Assembly (NCBI RefSeq): GCF_009914755.1
Contig: NC_060939.1
Reading direction: 5' to 3' (one strand)
DNA from: the human T2T-CHM13v2.0 reference genome, Homo sapiens
Length of the DNA: 64,000 nt
The notes under the pieces were generated by a model. The model saw only the letters and a list, made by a program, of their open reading frames with translations, was not told the origin of the DNA and made no database searches. Each line of letters starts with the position of its first letter. Position 1 is the stretch's first letter. This document shows, in pieces, positions 46,135 through 61,887 of the stretch. Made by a program: the position numbers and the translations under genes.

Positions 46135-47504
46135 TTAAGCTTTCTGGGATTCTAGCTGTATGCTGCCTCATTTAAACATACCCCAGACTTCCTGGGTTTA
46201 TAGAATTCAAGTCATCTAATCATTAGCCTTTTCTGGTTATGTTCTGTTTTCTATTCAGGCCAGATTCTGTGGTTGGCCACGAAGTGAAGCCCTCATTAAT
46301 AACCTATGTTCTTTCTCCCTTACTTGCAACACGTTAGTGCCAATCCCTAACCCCCAACCTATTGCTACCAGGACTCCAGGACTAAGCAAGGATATTTGGT
46401 GCCTGGAGGCAATGTCGTATGTTTATGCTGCCATTTGCAAACACTAGCATCTTTGAGGTCTCTCCACAGACTGGTTTTTGGGCGCATGGCCTCCTTCAGC
46501 ATCCATGCCGTATGTACAGTTGTCTTTCTGTATCCCTGCCTTTCGGCTGTACGGTGTCACCGATGAAGGTCATGGGAACCACACTGACCTGGCCCAGTAC
46601 AAAGCCATGTTATCTAATTTAACTTGCATCTTCGTTATTCCTGCCAAGCAATCCTGGTTATCTCCTTTCCTGCCATATTCCCCCTAAAAGTGAACTCACT
46701 TGACTTGAATCCTTCCTACTGGCTTTAAGTCAGTGATGTTGATTGTTGGAGAGGTACACTTTGCCCATGCCTAGTTTTTCTTTCTATGTATGTGGACTTT
46801 TCATTAGTAATGCTCTGACCTCATTCCAGGCCTTTATTTATTTTGGAGGAGGACGGCTCATTTGGTTGGAGATTGGGGACCAGGATACTGCATGCTTGTC
46901 TCTCTGTCTTGGTCTTCTGGTAGGCTTAGCGCGCAGGCTAAACTCTGCCTGTGGGAAGCGAGGCCTGTGGTGGCTGGTGCTGCCTGTGGCTAAGTGGGTA
47001 TTCCTAATTCTGGGTGAGTAGTAGGCAAGAACGAAGCCACACCCTCCAGTACAACTTTTATTACTAATAAAACTGATTTTTTTTTCTCTATCCTCCTGAA
47101 GTCTGCATCTGTCTCTGAATTGGCTTTCAAAGTCAGATCAGGAACAAGGGTGTCATCCACTGGCACATCAAAATTTCAACATTTAAGCCATCTCCTTCCT
47201 ATTATCCAAGCAACCTTGAACCCTATGAATTTAGAAGATTAAGGTATTCAGACAGGATCATCCCCAAATGTCTTCCCCATCACTGCGCATTTGCCGTTCT
47301 ACAACCTTCTCTACATGCAAAGAATCCCCCACCTCCTTCCTAAGACTGATCTCTCTTTCAGTTCCTCTAGTTACTATCTTGTTTCTTCTAGGTAGGTCTC
47401 CATTACCAGCCATTTCTCTTTCTGGTCACATGGGAAGAGGATGCCAAATAAAAAGATTTCAAAGCCACAAATTGCTGATTTCCCATCAAGCCTGCAGGCA
47501 ATCC

Positions 47505-47813
47505 AGGATGGGGCATGATGTCTCATGCCTGTAATCCCAGCACTTTGGGAGGCTAAGGCGGGAGGACCGCTTGAGGCCAGGAGTTCCAGACCAGCCTGGG
47601 CAACATAGTGAGATCCTGTATCTACAAAATATGCAAAAATTAGCTGGGTGTGGTGGTGCACGCCTGTAGCCTCAGCTACTCAGGAAGCTGAGGCAGTAGA
47701 CTCACTTGAGCCCAGGAACTGGAGGCTGTAGTGAGCTATGATCATCCCACTGTACTCCAGCCTGGGCAACAAAGCAGTACCCTGTCTCTAGAATTAAAAA
47801 AAAAAAAAAAAAA
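47505..47813 (+). mobile_element. AluJ
   Basis: J-type full-length Alu. Confidence 0.88.
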
Positions 47814-48444
47814 GACAAAACACTTTAATCCATATCCACAAATCTGACAAGAAACCACTTAATCCAGAAAGTTTTGGGGGAATCAGAAAATGCTATTATA
47901 GGTTTAGCTCATCTAAGACCCATAGCTTCTTAAGCACAAGGCCAACTACACTTAAAATGTATAATTTATGAGTTATATCCTGCATATTGTGAAATGTCAG
48001 ACATTAATAAAATGTATGTAAATGGAGGTAGACGATATAAAAAAAGCAGAGAAGAGGCAACGTACCCCACATATTTCAAAATCCTATAGTAATATATTTG
48101 ATAATTTAATATTAAGTTTGGTGTTAAGCTTCCTTGAAGCCATGGAAAAAAGGAAAACACACTGGATAACATAATTCTCATTGAGAAAAGGAAGTTGGGT
48201 CTCTGACAAAATTTTGTCAGGAAAGATTCTTTCTAGCCCAATTGCTCTTGAACCTGTGAACCTGTGATAAGGGATGCTGAACCACAAAGAGAACAGTGTG
48301 CTCCGTAGTGGATGTGCAGAAGACACAGATAGCCTCAAATCTCCCAATGATAAGGACTCATGTTGCCAAATATTCTCCTGGAGCAATGAGGACAGAACAC
48401 ATGGGTTGACGAGGTCTACTTTGGCCATGCTGCCAGAAGTTGAC

Positions 48445-48577
48445 CAGACATGGTGGCCCATGCCTGTAATCCCAGCATTTTGGAAGGCTGAGGCAGGAGG
48501 ATAGCTTGAGCCCAGGAGTTTGAGATCAGCCTGGGCAACATAGTGAGACCCTGTTTCTACAAATAATAATAAAAAAG
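48445..48577 (+). mobile_element. FLAM/Alu left monomer
   Basis: Alu arm with A-rich tail. Confidence 0.8.
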
Positions 48578-48871
48578 GAGTTGTTTATAAAATGTTCTTA
48601 TCCCACCAGCCCTCATGGCTCTTTGATGTTATCCCTTTGAGCAAAAAGATGGTGCCAACACCAACACTTGTTATCCTTCCTGTGGCACAATCCTTTGGCT
48701 CTTGAGTCTGCTCCTACTTCCTTATAGTAAAACCAGTGTCTTGAACCTGGAGGGAGCATAGCTGGTTTCCTTTTTGATATTCCATGAGGGAACTCATTAA
48801 GGATGGGATAGAAATTTATATTCGAATCAGGAGAAAAGCTTTTAAGTCATCCATTCGTTCAAAAAAATCTC

Positions 48872-49140
48872 GAGGCTGAGGCAGGATTGCTGAGGCCAGG
48901 AGTTTGAGACCTGCCTGGGCAACACAGTGAGACTTCCTCTCTACTAAAATAAAAAATAAAAAAAATTAGCTGGGCGTGGTGGCACATACATGTATTCCCA
49001 GCTACTTCAGAGGCTGATGCAGAAGGCTCGCTTGAGTCCAGGAGGTTGAGGCTGTGGTGAGACCTGATTGTGCCACTGCACTGGGCACAGAGCGAGACCT
49101 TGTCTCAAAAACAAAAACAAAAACAAAAACAGAAACAAAA
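48872..49140 (+). mobile_element. AluJ, 5'-truncated, (AAAAAC)n tail
   Basis: Alu consensus match. Confidence 0.85.
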
Positions 49141-49144
49141 GTCT

Positions 49145-49875
49145 GGCTCCTACTATGTGGATATGTGCAGGCTCTAGGTATATCATGGTGGACCAAACCC
49201 AGACATGGCCCTGCCTTCATGCAGCTTAAGGCCTGAGGGTCCTGACCTAGTCTAAGGTGTGAGGTGGTGAAGTTTTCCATAAGGAATTGGCATTTGGGCA
49301 GAGATCCAAGGAAGAGGAGCAGGGAAGGAGGGTGAGGTGCATCAGACAGAGGGCACAGCCCATGCAGAGCCCCTGTGGCAGGAAGGAAGCAGTGCTTTGA
49401 GGAAATGAAAGAGAAATGGAATACAGAGCATGAAGGAGAAGATAGTGCATGGCAAAGCCGGAGAGAGGGCAGGGCCTTGCAGGCCTGAGGACAGTGGGGG
49501 CCACAGAGGGTTTTTCAGGAAAGCCAGTGCAGGAGGGAACAGGACCCCATGAGAGCTGACAGTGCAACATGGATTGAAACAGCAGAAACAAATATGGAGA
49601 GCTCAGGTAGGGGCAGCTACAGGAATGGAAGTGGAAAATGATGGAAGCCTGTACTAGGTGCGTTGGGGTAGGGATGAAAAAAATAAGTGGATCAGGATGT
49701 ATTCACGAGGGGAAGTAAACAGAACTTGATGATTGTTAGTGAAGAAGAGGGAGGTGCCACAATGATTTGCCAGTTTGCTAACTGAGCTTAATGGCGATGC
49801 CATTCACAGAGACTGGAGTGCAAGTTTGGGAGGAGAACCCTGAGAGCAGGGCCCCTATGACATCTAAGTGGGCGT
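49145..49875 (-). mobile_element. L2 remnant
   Basis: cctactatgtgg...gctctagg...ccctgccttcatgcagctta...gacatctaagtgg. Confidence 0.6.
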
Positions 49876-52224
49876 GGTTGGTAGGACTGACCCAGTGTTG
49901 TGTCAATCAATGCTGAATCGTATTGCAAATCTCATTGCAGGACTGAATGTTGGATCTTACAAAATGTTGGAACTTTTTGAGAAAAAATAAATGGTTAAAT
50001 TGTTAGCATTTTATAGGTAAATTTCCAAACATTAGGAGAGAACCATGAATTTGGTTTCTGCACAGAAGCACTAAAAGCACCCTGCGTGGAGGAGAATGAT
50101 TAATGGGTACCCATCCTGTGTGAACACGCCTGTAAAACTGAGTCATGAGAATTGGTAGCTCAGCTCTGAAAGCTACCAAGACAACAGGGAGACAAGGCAG
50201 GGGCTGACATGCTCCTAACCAGACCCTACAGACTGAATAGTGCTGGCGAAGACACGACCGAGAGAAGAGCAGGAAAATCATCAAATGGGAAATGGTGATG
50301 CAGAAAATAAAACTAATTTTATATAGAAAGAATATTAAAGAAATGGCAGAAATGCTTGAGTACTTCAAGTGTGATTTTTAAAGTAGTCACAGGTGCCCAA
50401 ATAGCTACTTTTATTTCCATCCTCCCACCTTATCCCTTGCTTCTCAGCTGGCTTGGCTAAGAGGGAAGGAAAACTCCCTTCTCCTCAAGCCTTCTCCTCT
50501 TTCTGTCTTGGGCATTCACCTGTGAGTCAGCCTGACAAGGCCAAGGGAAATGGAGGGGCAAGAATGTGCTCCCATCGCTCCTGGGATCTCAGCCGAGGGA
50601 AACAGGAAGCAGCATGTTTTCTCTGCCCTACACACTTTCATCCCTATTACGTGTGCACAGAGCCCCCAGAGAAAAATGCAATTTGGTAGTGACCTGATAA
50701 CCACACTCTTGCAGCTTTGGTCCAAGAATGGTAAAAATCCAAGGAATGCCGGGGAAGGGAGAGGGGGAGGCAGAGCAAAACAAAACACAATCTCCATTGT
50801 AAATGACTGGTTAAAATTACGTTCAAGTTAATGTCTAACTAAAAAGTGGAAATTGGATTACATGGGGTACCTTAACTTTCTCATGAAGAAATAATTTTTA
50901 TACCTTGAAAGTTTAGCAATTACTGTTAAAGCATCAAAGAAACATTTCAAAGTTTTATTAAAAATTCACCTTGGTAAGGAAGAAAGGTGGTGCAGGTAAC
51001 CCTAGAGTTTAGCTGGTTGGATTTGGTTGGGTCACAAGGTGACTGGGTCTAGGAGGGAACCGAGGCCAGGGACCCACAGTTGCCATCTCCCCTCCTGTGG
51101 GCTGGGGCAGAGTTCACTGGCCTCAACATGCACCAGGGAGACCTAAGGTGCATCTGTGAATTCTGTTGTAATTGTTTGGGAACTGTCAGCTGCAATATCT
51201 TTTTGAAGTCCCACCCTGTTTTTATGGCTCTCAATGTGTCTGTTAGGAAACTTTAATTCTGTGTACTCAAGGATAGAAAGCAGAGCTAGGCATGGCTCCT
51301 CTGAGCTCATCCTTCTGGCCACGTTGTTAGTGAAACCCTTTGGAACAGCGTGTTATCAGTCACCAAGATCTTTAGCAGGCTGAAAATGCTTTTAGTAAAT
51401 GATAAAGGCTCTCAAAACTTACGTGATAAAAAGTGCAGACAGTGAAGGTCCATTGCTCCTGTCTACCCTTTGCCAGTTGCTCTTTCCTAGCTTAGGGTAG
51501 AGCAATACTACGAAGTTTGGAAAATGTCACCATTTCTGTACCTCGCGACCTGACTTCATTTACTCATTCACTGGTTCACACATCCTGCATTCATTCACTC
51601 TGCATTTATTAAGCATCACCGCGGAGATTAGGCTGACCTTGCTGGGTACTGCGGATGTGAAGGTGTCTGAAAGACACACCCTGCCCTAGTTTAGCGGATC
51701 CCACCCTCATGGGGCCAGACACCTCACCCCCCACCCTGCACCCCACCCCTCCCAGTTCCCACTCTCAGGGGAGCCCCAGGAGGGAGCCTTTTCCTCTGCC
51801 CTGTGAGGCTGGGAAAGGTGTTGCCAAGGTGCAGCAAGCAGCTAGGCCGGATGAGGAGGGCAGTCCCCTGGGGAGGACCATGCTCGCAAAGGGAAGTTAG
51901 GAACAAGAGCTGGGAGAAGGATGGCTTTCTGTAGCTTCCATTAACCTTGCGGAAACACCCCCACTTTGGGGTAGGGGGTGAAGGTAGTCAACTGTTAGGT
52001 TTTCTTTCGGCCCAGGATAAATAAATGTCATTCCCTTCTATATCCAATGCACAGTTATTACCTAGTAACTTTCTCACTATTTCGTGGGAACCACGTTAAA
52101 ACCTAAAGTTTAAATAAAACAGGAGAACTCGGAGTGCATGTTTAAATGAACTCTGGCATCCCCCATAGAGTGGGGCGCCCGAGTCAGCAAACCCTTGGCT
52201 CACGGGCCCGCGGTGGGGACGCTA

Positions 52225-52422
<198 letters not shown>

Positions 52423-52984
52423 TCAATGAGAATTTCACAGCCCCACTTTAATTAAGCTCTCTTCTCCGCCACTCCTAAGGCAGTTCGCCACTACTCCAAT
52501 TGATTTTTATCTAAAAAGGGGTTGTCATACGCCCCAACCCTCTATCAGTTGGAGCCAAACGGCCCGCTTTTAAACATAAAAAACAAAATTACATTTACTG
52601 GGAAAGTAAAGCCAAGTAATATTTCCTGGAAAACTTTTTGCACTTATTTTTATGAATAGAGTCAAACGTATAGCATTATTTTCTCATTTTCTTTAGATGC
52701 AACAAATTAAGACGTTTTGAAAGGAGCATTGAATTTATATAGAAATTTACAGAGTAGAGTTATTTTAGAGAATTAGCTCAACTTCTGGTCTCTATGAGCT
52801 GGCTTTCCTAATATTAATTACTAACAAATTAACGAAACTAGAATAAAATGGGTACAAAATGAGAAGCCTTTTGAAAAGAACAGCAGTTGGACTGAGTGTG
52901 GTGCTTTTCACACGAGCAAGTAGTTGAGTGAGATTTCTGTGAGGATGTCCAATTTGAACACTATTTTGAAATCAGCCCAACTTA

Positions 52985-53212
<228 letters not shown>

Positions 53213-54303
53213 TTAAAAAGAAGACATTTTTACAGTTAGTTATATTACTTTTTATAGTGATTTCCCAGAGCAGTCAAAGTTACTCACATTTAAGTGAAAA
53301 TACTCAATGAGATGGCCTTTTAGTGCCCTTTAGTACTGATTCCTTGATTATCCAATCTTTTGGTTTATCCATCAATGTGGATTATCTGTGCTTAAGGACA
53401 TTGTATTCATAAATAGCTAAGTGTAATAAATTGCTATGTACTGCTTTCTTGAAAAACCACACCACAATCTACTCATATACTCAGGAAATTTAATTTCCTA
53501 TGTGTAGCGGTATAAGCCATTTAACTAAATGCTTTCACATGTTTAAACTTTCAATTCTGTCTAACAAGTAGATGACTACTTTTTTTTCAACTGAATTAAT
53601 TAGTTATTGAACTTATTTGATTGAAGGTTCGTTATTTTGGACATGGGGTAGGTACAATCTTTGTCTTATTTTAGCTTCCAACAGGAAGCAGTAAGTGCAT
53701 GATTTCATTGTCTACCAATACTGGGACCTTAGGAAAACCAGTTACCTTCCCTGACCTTAGTTTTCTCATCTCTCAAGCCAGAAGTTTGGACCAGGTTTTC
53801 TCCAATGCCCTGTTCAATTCTAAGATTGCATATTTCTGTGAAGGATTTTTCCCTCTATATTTTTCATCTTAGAAGCTAAAATCATTTTTTTCAATATTTA
53901 TTGAGCATGGTCAACATACTCAACACAACATGCCAAATAGGCAGGTTTTATAAGAAACTCGATTTAACCCTTTAAGCCATTTTTTTCTTAGGCCATTTTA
54001 TCTTGTATTCTATAAATGATCAGAAAAAAATGCTTTACTAGTATTACAGTAATTGTAACAGCTTATGAAACTCATATTGCCTTTTCCACCTCTGCTGATG
54101 AATAAAAAGCATGACTTAATCAAATATTCTGTACCCCAGGAGACTTTCATCTAAGAAAATATTTTCATTAGATTAAAATACATGCTAAAGTGTTAAAATA
54201 CTAACCAAGATTAAATTTAAATGTATTTAAGTGTCAACTCTTGATTTATGAATACATTAAGACTGATTAAGTTTGAACAAAGAGACTGCAAAAATTGGAT
54301 CTA

Positions 54304-54630
<327 letters not shown>

Positions 54631-54633
54631 TTA

Positions 54634-54888
<255 letters not shown>

Positions 54889-55463
54889 TCATATCTGCGC
54901 TCAGAGATAGTCATTATTTGTCATATTTCTAAACATTTTCCCATTTCTTTATTGTGGCTTTCAAATATAAAAGTCTTCATTTTTAAGCAGACAAATGTAT
55001 CTTTATGTTTTTTCCCTTTATCGTTATCCATTTGAAAGTCATTGTGGCTTCTAATTATTTAACATCAGCTTATGTTGTCTTCTGGTTGTTTTCTTGGTTT
55101 CACTGATACATTAAATTTGAAAATATTTTTGTTATGTTGTATGGGTTAGGGATTTCCTCTACTTCCCAAATTGTTTAATCAACTGTTTTGGTGCCATGTT
55201 TGAAAAATAATCTTTTCTCCCTCTGCTCATTTGAAATGCAACTTTTTATCATAGGGGGTCTATTTCTCCCCTAAAAAAATAGGGTGATCCCAACAGTGAA
55301 TTTGTGGTTCTCTTTACTTTTTACTGACAGCTTAAAAAGTACTGGCACCAAAAAACAAGAGAAGTATTTGAAAACAGTTTAAGACTACTAGTAATCAGCT
55401 AAGGAAAAGGTAATTGAAAAACACATTCCATAGACTAGAATAATCAATTCCATGTAAACTTAC

Positions 55464-55484
55464 GATTAATTTCCATGGCGTAGA
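55464..55484 (-). CDS. TRPM1: TRPM1 21-nt pore-loop microexon (LYAMEIN)
   Basis: atgtag|TCTACGCCATGGAAATTAATC|gtaagt; phase 1/1; yields the known TRPM1 sequence DQIDLYAMEINPPCG. Confidence 0.93.
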
Positions 55485-56878
55485 CTACATGACGATTGGA
55501 AAGCAGGATTTTTGTTTTGTTTTGTTTTGACAGGAGGGGAGGAAAGAAAATAAGATGATGGTTGAGAGAAAAGTAAAACAAGTGGTTTAACAACATAACT
55601 GTTTTGCTGTGAAGAAATGCAAATATTTTAAGCTTGGGAAATATTGATTCACACTTAGAAACAGTGATCTGTTTAGAAGAATTACATACATTAATCATTC
55701 TAGAAAATATATATCATGGATATTTATTTTACCCTGTGTCATAAGCGAGAGCAAAAGCTCACTAGTTAAAAATACTGTGAAAAAGACATGATGTTACTGG
55801 CAGATGATCAGGTTAACCAATCACGCGCTCCCTATATTCCAACACAAACACCTCATAAGCACAAATAACTACAAAATTATTAGTTAATAGATCAAGAATC
55901 AAAAACCTACATTTAATTATGTTACTGAGAATAGCACAGCCTAAAGTTTACCTCTTTACCTTCTCTCATAACCCAATTTAATTTAAAAAAAAAAGAGCTC
56001 AACAATAAAAATACTACAGTTTATGCCTGGAATTCAGGAACTTTTAACGTGTATGTATATCTACCTAAACTAATATTCTTTTGAAATCAAATTAGATTTT
56101 TATGTTCTGGCTTACCAAGCTACTAACACACTTCAATAGTTGACTTTGTGATACTTGCAATAATGATATGGTCAGAATGACATTATAAAAGTTAGAAAGA
56201 AGCTACTGCATGAGCTGGTTATTGTCTAACCTAGAGGCAGTAGATATACACTGACAGCCCTACATTCCATATGAGAGGAAGATGATAAAAACTTTCTATT
56301 CCCAAATAGCAGAGCTCTGGAAGCAGCAGACATGCTATTATAGCTGATGCTTTATGATAAATCACAACATGCAAATGAAAATGTTGGTCCTGAAATGGAA
56401 ATGGGACTAAAAGTGCCTCCTTCACTGGTGGAACATTTATTCAACTGTCCTGGTAAATAGTGTACAAGAACATTTGAGCTTTACATTCCTTCAATCCAGA
56501 AGACACCAGCTCAGCCTGCAGAGGAGCTGGGCCTACATTCCCCAGAAATCTGTGCAGGATCATAGCCCATTTCCTCTACTAACATCCAGATTATTTTTGA
56601 TAATACAAAATAGCACTCTAGTAGTGAAGATGAAATGGGTATGAAATGGGTAGCTATGTGGAAAATGGGCTCTGATGGCTTTAAGAAGAGGATGGTGGGA
56701 AGTATCAGTTACTCTGCTCTGTTCACTAGTTCATTCTACTGGAAAACACTATCAGCCTTATCCTGGGGTGGGGAGATACTGGGTTGAAGAAAAACTAGGC
56801 TATTGGCATTAGAACTGCATTCATGTGACACGATGTCCATCAGGTCCAGCTCAAGGGAATTCTAGTGAATTATTTTTA

Positions 56879-57274
<396 letters not shown>

Positions 57275-58464
57275 TCACTGTCTTGGCTTGTGGGCCAAGT
57301 TCACCCTGGCTCATTATATTGCTGTCTCCAATTAAGCACTTCACGAGTGCTTAATTAGGACGAAGAAAGCCTCTTTCCCTTCCTTTCTTCCCATCCCTGG
57401 GAAGGCTTTTTCCTACTCCATGCAATGCTTTATGCCTAGAATGTCTTCTAGAACATTGCTATCTTCATCTGCTCTTCATCCTTCTTGCTTCTTCTCTGTT
57501 GTTGCCCATAAACACATGTCCCTTAGTAACTACAACTGCAAATGGAGAAAGGGAAGAATTAGAAGAAAAGATGGGAGTTTGTAAGGGATGCTAAGGAGGA
57601 AGAGGAGCAGATACCTAAGGAAATAAAACGATAATGAATTGAGAGTATAGACCAACATTTATTCATTCACTACACAAGTGCTGAGCAATGCCCTGGTTAC
57701 TGTGGATACTAAACTGGTATAATTCCTAATTTTGAACATCCCTGAAGATGGAGGCCCTTGCTGGAATTTACTAAAGCATACTTCCCTTAGCTCAAAACCA
57801 CTTGCCCTATAAAGAGTCCTTCCTAAATGTAGGAGGCTTGCTTTCTTCTTGTACCAGTCCTAACACTGAAGCTCTTTTAGGTAATGTAAGGATGACCTGC
57901 TGGTTCATTTTCAGTTTCATATTCTCTGGCCTGTTCTGGAGTATAAGTCATCATGGTCTAATCACATGGACTTCCTGTGTTCACTCCAGGCCAGAGTAAA
58001 TGAGCTGAAGATCATCTGGAGTACAGGTTGGGGATTGGCCCTGGGCTCCCTTTGTCTCCGGCTTCTACCACATGTTAGGAGGTTATAAATCAGGCGGGGT
58101 TTTTTTTTTTTTTTTTTTTGGCCATATATATATACATTCTGAAGTGGATGTAGTCTCATAGAACATCAAATCCATGTCCCTGTACTAAAGAATGCTGAAA
58201 ATATGTTTCCAGCCATCAAGAAGTAAATATTTTGAGACATCTATTTTGCTACTGAATTCCTATTGCATCAAAAATTGATGTTCTCTTATGTCCTGGGAAA
58301 GTGAAGTAAGCTCTTACAAAAAAACGAGGCTATTTTCTTTTATATTGCTGTCAAAATAGACTCATTAATAATAAATCAGAAGGAATAAAAAACAAACGTA
58401 ATTAGTCACCCTACAGTTGAGATATGGTATGGAAGAAGGGAGACAGTATATATTGAGTACCTGA

Positions 58465-58570
58465 TATATATTGAGAGAGATATACATGTGTACGTGTGTA
58501 TGTATACACACATATATACAGTGAATGTATATACACTATATATGTATATATGTTATGTATATATACACAG
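58465..58570. repeat. Degenerate (TA)/(TG)/(CA) simple repeat
   Basis: Alternating purine-pyrimidine tract read directly. Confidence 0.8.
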
Positions 58571-58727
58571 TAGGCCCTCAACTCATGTTTTTCTATTGGA
58601 TTTTATTAAGTTATCAACATGTAGGAGAACTGTGTATCTTAAAGCAAAGAATATTTCCTTTAAAAAGCCAACTGCAAAAGAAAAACCAAATGAAATTGAA
58701 GGAAGCCATGCCCAAGGCCTGTTCTTA

Positions 58728-59144
<417 letters not shown>

Positions 59145-61060
59145 CTACTCAAAACGTTTAAACACTCTTCTTCTCAGGCAGGGAGAGATATCTAGAAAGG
59201 GAAATTCCACGGAATCCTCCCTATTCTTAGATTCAGGGTTTTACAAACTCAGGAAATGCCTTCTAAATTATGTCCTTCTGGCTGTAATTAAAGCAGCTGC
59301 ATTTTGATTTCTTTTTTAATTATCTGGACACGTGCCTGTTACTCCACATTCCAGAGTCACACAGGATGAAAACTCTAGAGCATAGATGAGCCCCACGTGG
59401 CCCCACAGAGGGGCAGTCCACCCAGTGGAGATGGCAGAATACCACTAGGAAATGTTTTGATTTGGCAAAATTCCTTTGCAACTTAGACATGAGAAATTAG
59501 GGGAAAGTTAGACCAGGTTTTCCCCTACTTGAGATATTATCCTTTCAAAATCACTGCTGCTTAAGGGGAGACTTCCACAGAGTAAAATGGAAGATATTTA
59601 GCAAGCAGCATGCACAGGCGTGCGCAGAGCCTTCCCAATGGCACAGCTGTCTGTGGTACCACACTGGGATGGAGGGTTGCCATGCCAGGTGGTACCCCTT
59701 CAGTTGCAGAGGTCTTGGGGATCTCTGTGGTAGGATGGGGCAGTGGCTATCTGTCAGCCCACACAGAAGGGATTCACTAGTTTAACAACCCATGCACACT
59801 AGCCGATGGCCACCCTCTCTCTCCTATAACTGGGGGCAGGTTTCTGGAATAAAGAACAGTGTCTCGGTGTATGGTGGACCCTCAGCAAGGCCAGGACGGC
59901 ACAGCGATGGTAAAGCAGGCCGCTCAGGAAATACCAGTTGCAGCACCTGCAGAATTTGAATGAGGCCCAGCTAGAAAAGGAACAGTAGTAGAAGGTGGCA
60001 AGTATAATTTTGGATTCAGTGCTCTTTTGGTTTTTCAGGCTCTAATTAGACCGATGCCATCAGATTCCCTCTATCTGGACTAGGTTAATAATGTTTTTCA
60101 GTTCAGTGAAAGGGTCAACAATTACTGCAAAATAATAGTATTGGTTGTATATCAGTTGGAGAAAGGATATGAAATGATGCTGTGGGCTTTTTCAGCTCAA
60201 GTTGCTTTTTTGCTTGGATACATGCTTTCTCTTTATAAGCAAATTTAGTGAATTAAAACTTCTGAATGATATTGGAAAGGGAAGTATCCGGCCTATCTTT
60301 CCTCTGCTGTCTGCAGAGATTGCTTACTGGGAGTTACATTTTCACTCGAGCTCTCTGGGATAACGAGTCATATGTGAGATGGTATCTGTTCTTTTGCAAT
60401 ACTGAGTTGAAAATCCTGTTCCCTCTGTTTGCAGCAAACGCTCTAGGCCCCTCCCATATCCCCTGGAGCTTTTCCCCAGGTGGGCTTGCCCACCCCATCT
60501 GCTGCAGGTGCTGCTGTTAGGCCCACACCTGCCCCCTTCTGGGAGGCTTGCTCTTAGATGCTTGGAGCCATGTCTCTGGTGGGTACCAATGACAAATTGA
60601 GGTGGGGCCCAAAGGTGAGACAGACTCCACAGTGTCCAGTCCACTCAGAGCCCCCTACAGGATTAGGCCAAGGACAGGGTCCACCTGAAGCCACACCTCA
60701 CTTAGCTCCTTTTCCTCCTGACTGGGAGCCCTCCCTTCATAAATCTCCTGCACAAGAGTCCAGAGATAAAAGAGATGGCATTTTTCCTGTAACTTTGGGC
60801 TTTGGACCACACTGTGCAAGTGTCTCTTGTATCTCTCTTTCTCCCTCTGATCCCAAATAACTAAGCCAAAATTTGTGCCCAGTTGCGGTAATTGGTTTAT
60901 CTCAGGTCGCTGGCAGCATTTGCTGATGCTTTCCTATGCATTCAAACCTGTTTTCATTATTAAATATCTTTATTTTGCCTTGTGTTTTGATTTGCAAGTT
61001 CAAGTTCATTCAAGATGTATACATCTTAAATAAAGAAATGGAATAAACTTGGGATTGTGA

Positions 61061-61887
<827 letters not shown>

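Noticed and set aside
46478-46687. Peptide FRLYGVTDEGH resembles a short DNA polymerase delta motif
   Set aside because: The similarity does not extend on either side; most likely chance; tblastx would settle it
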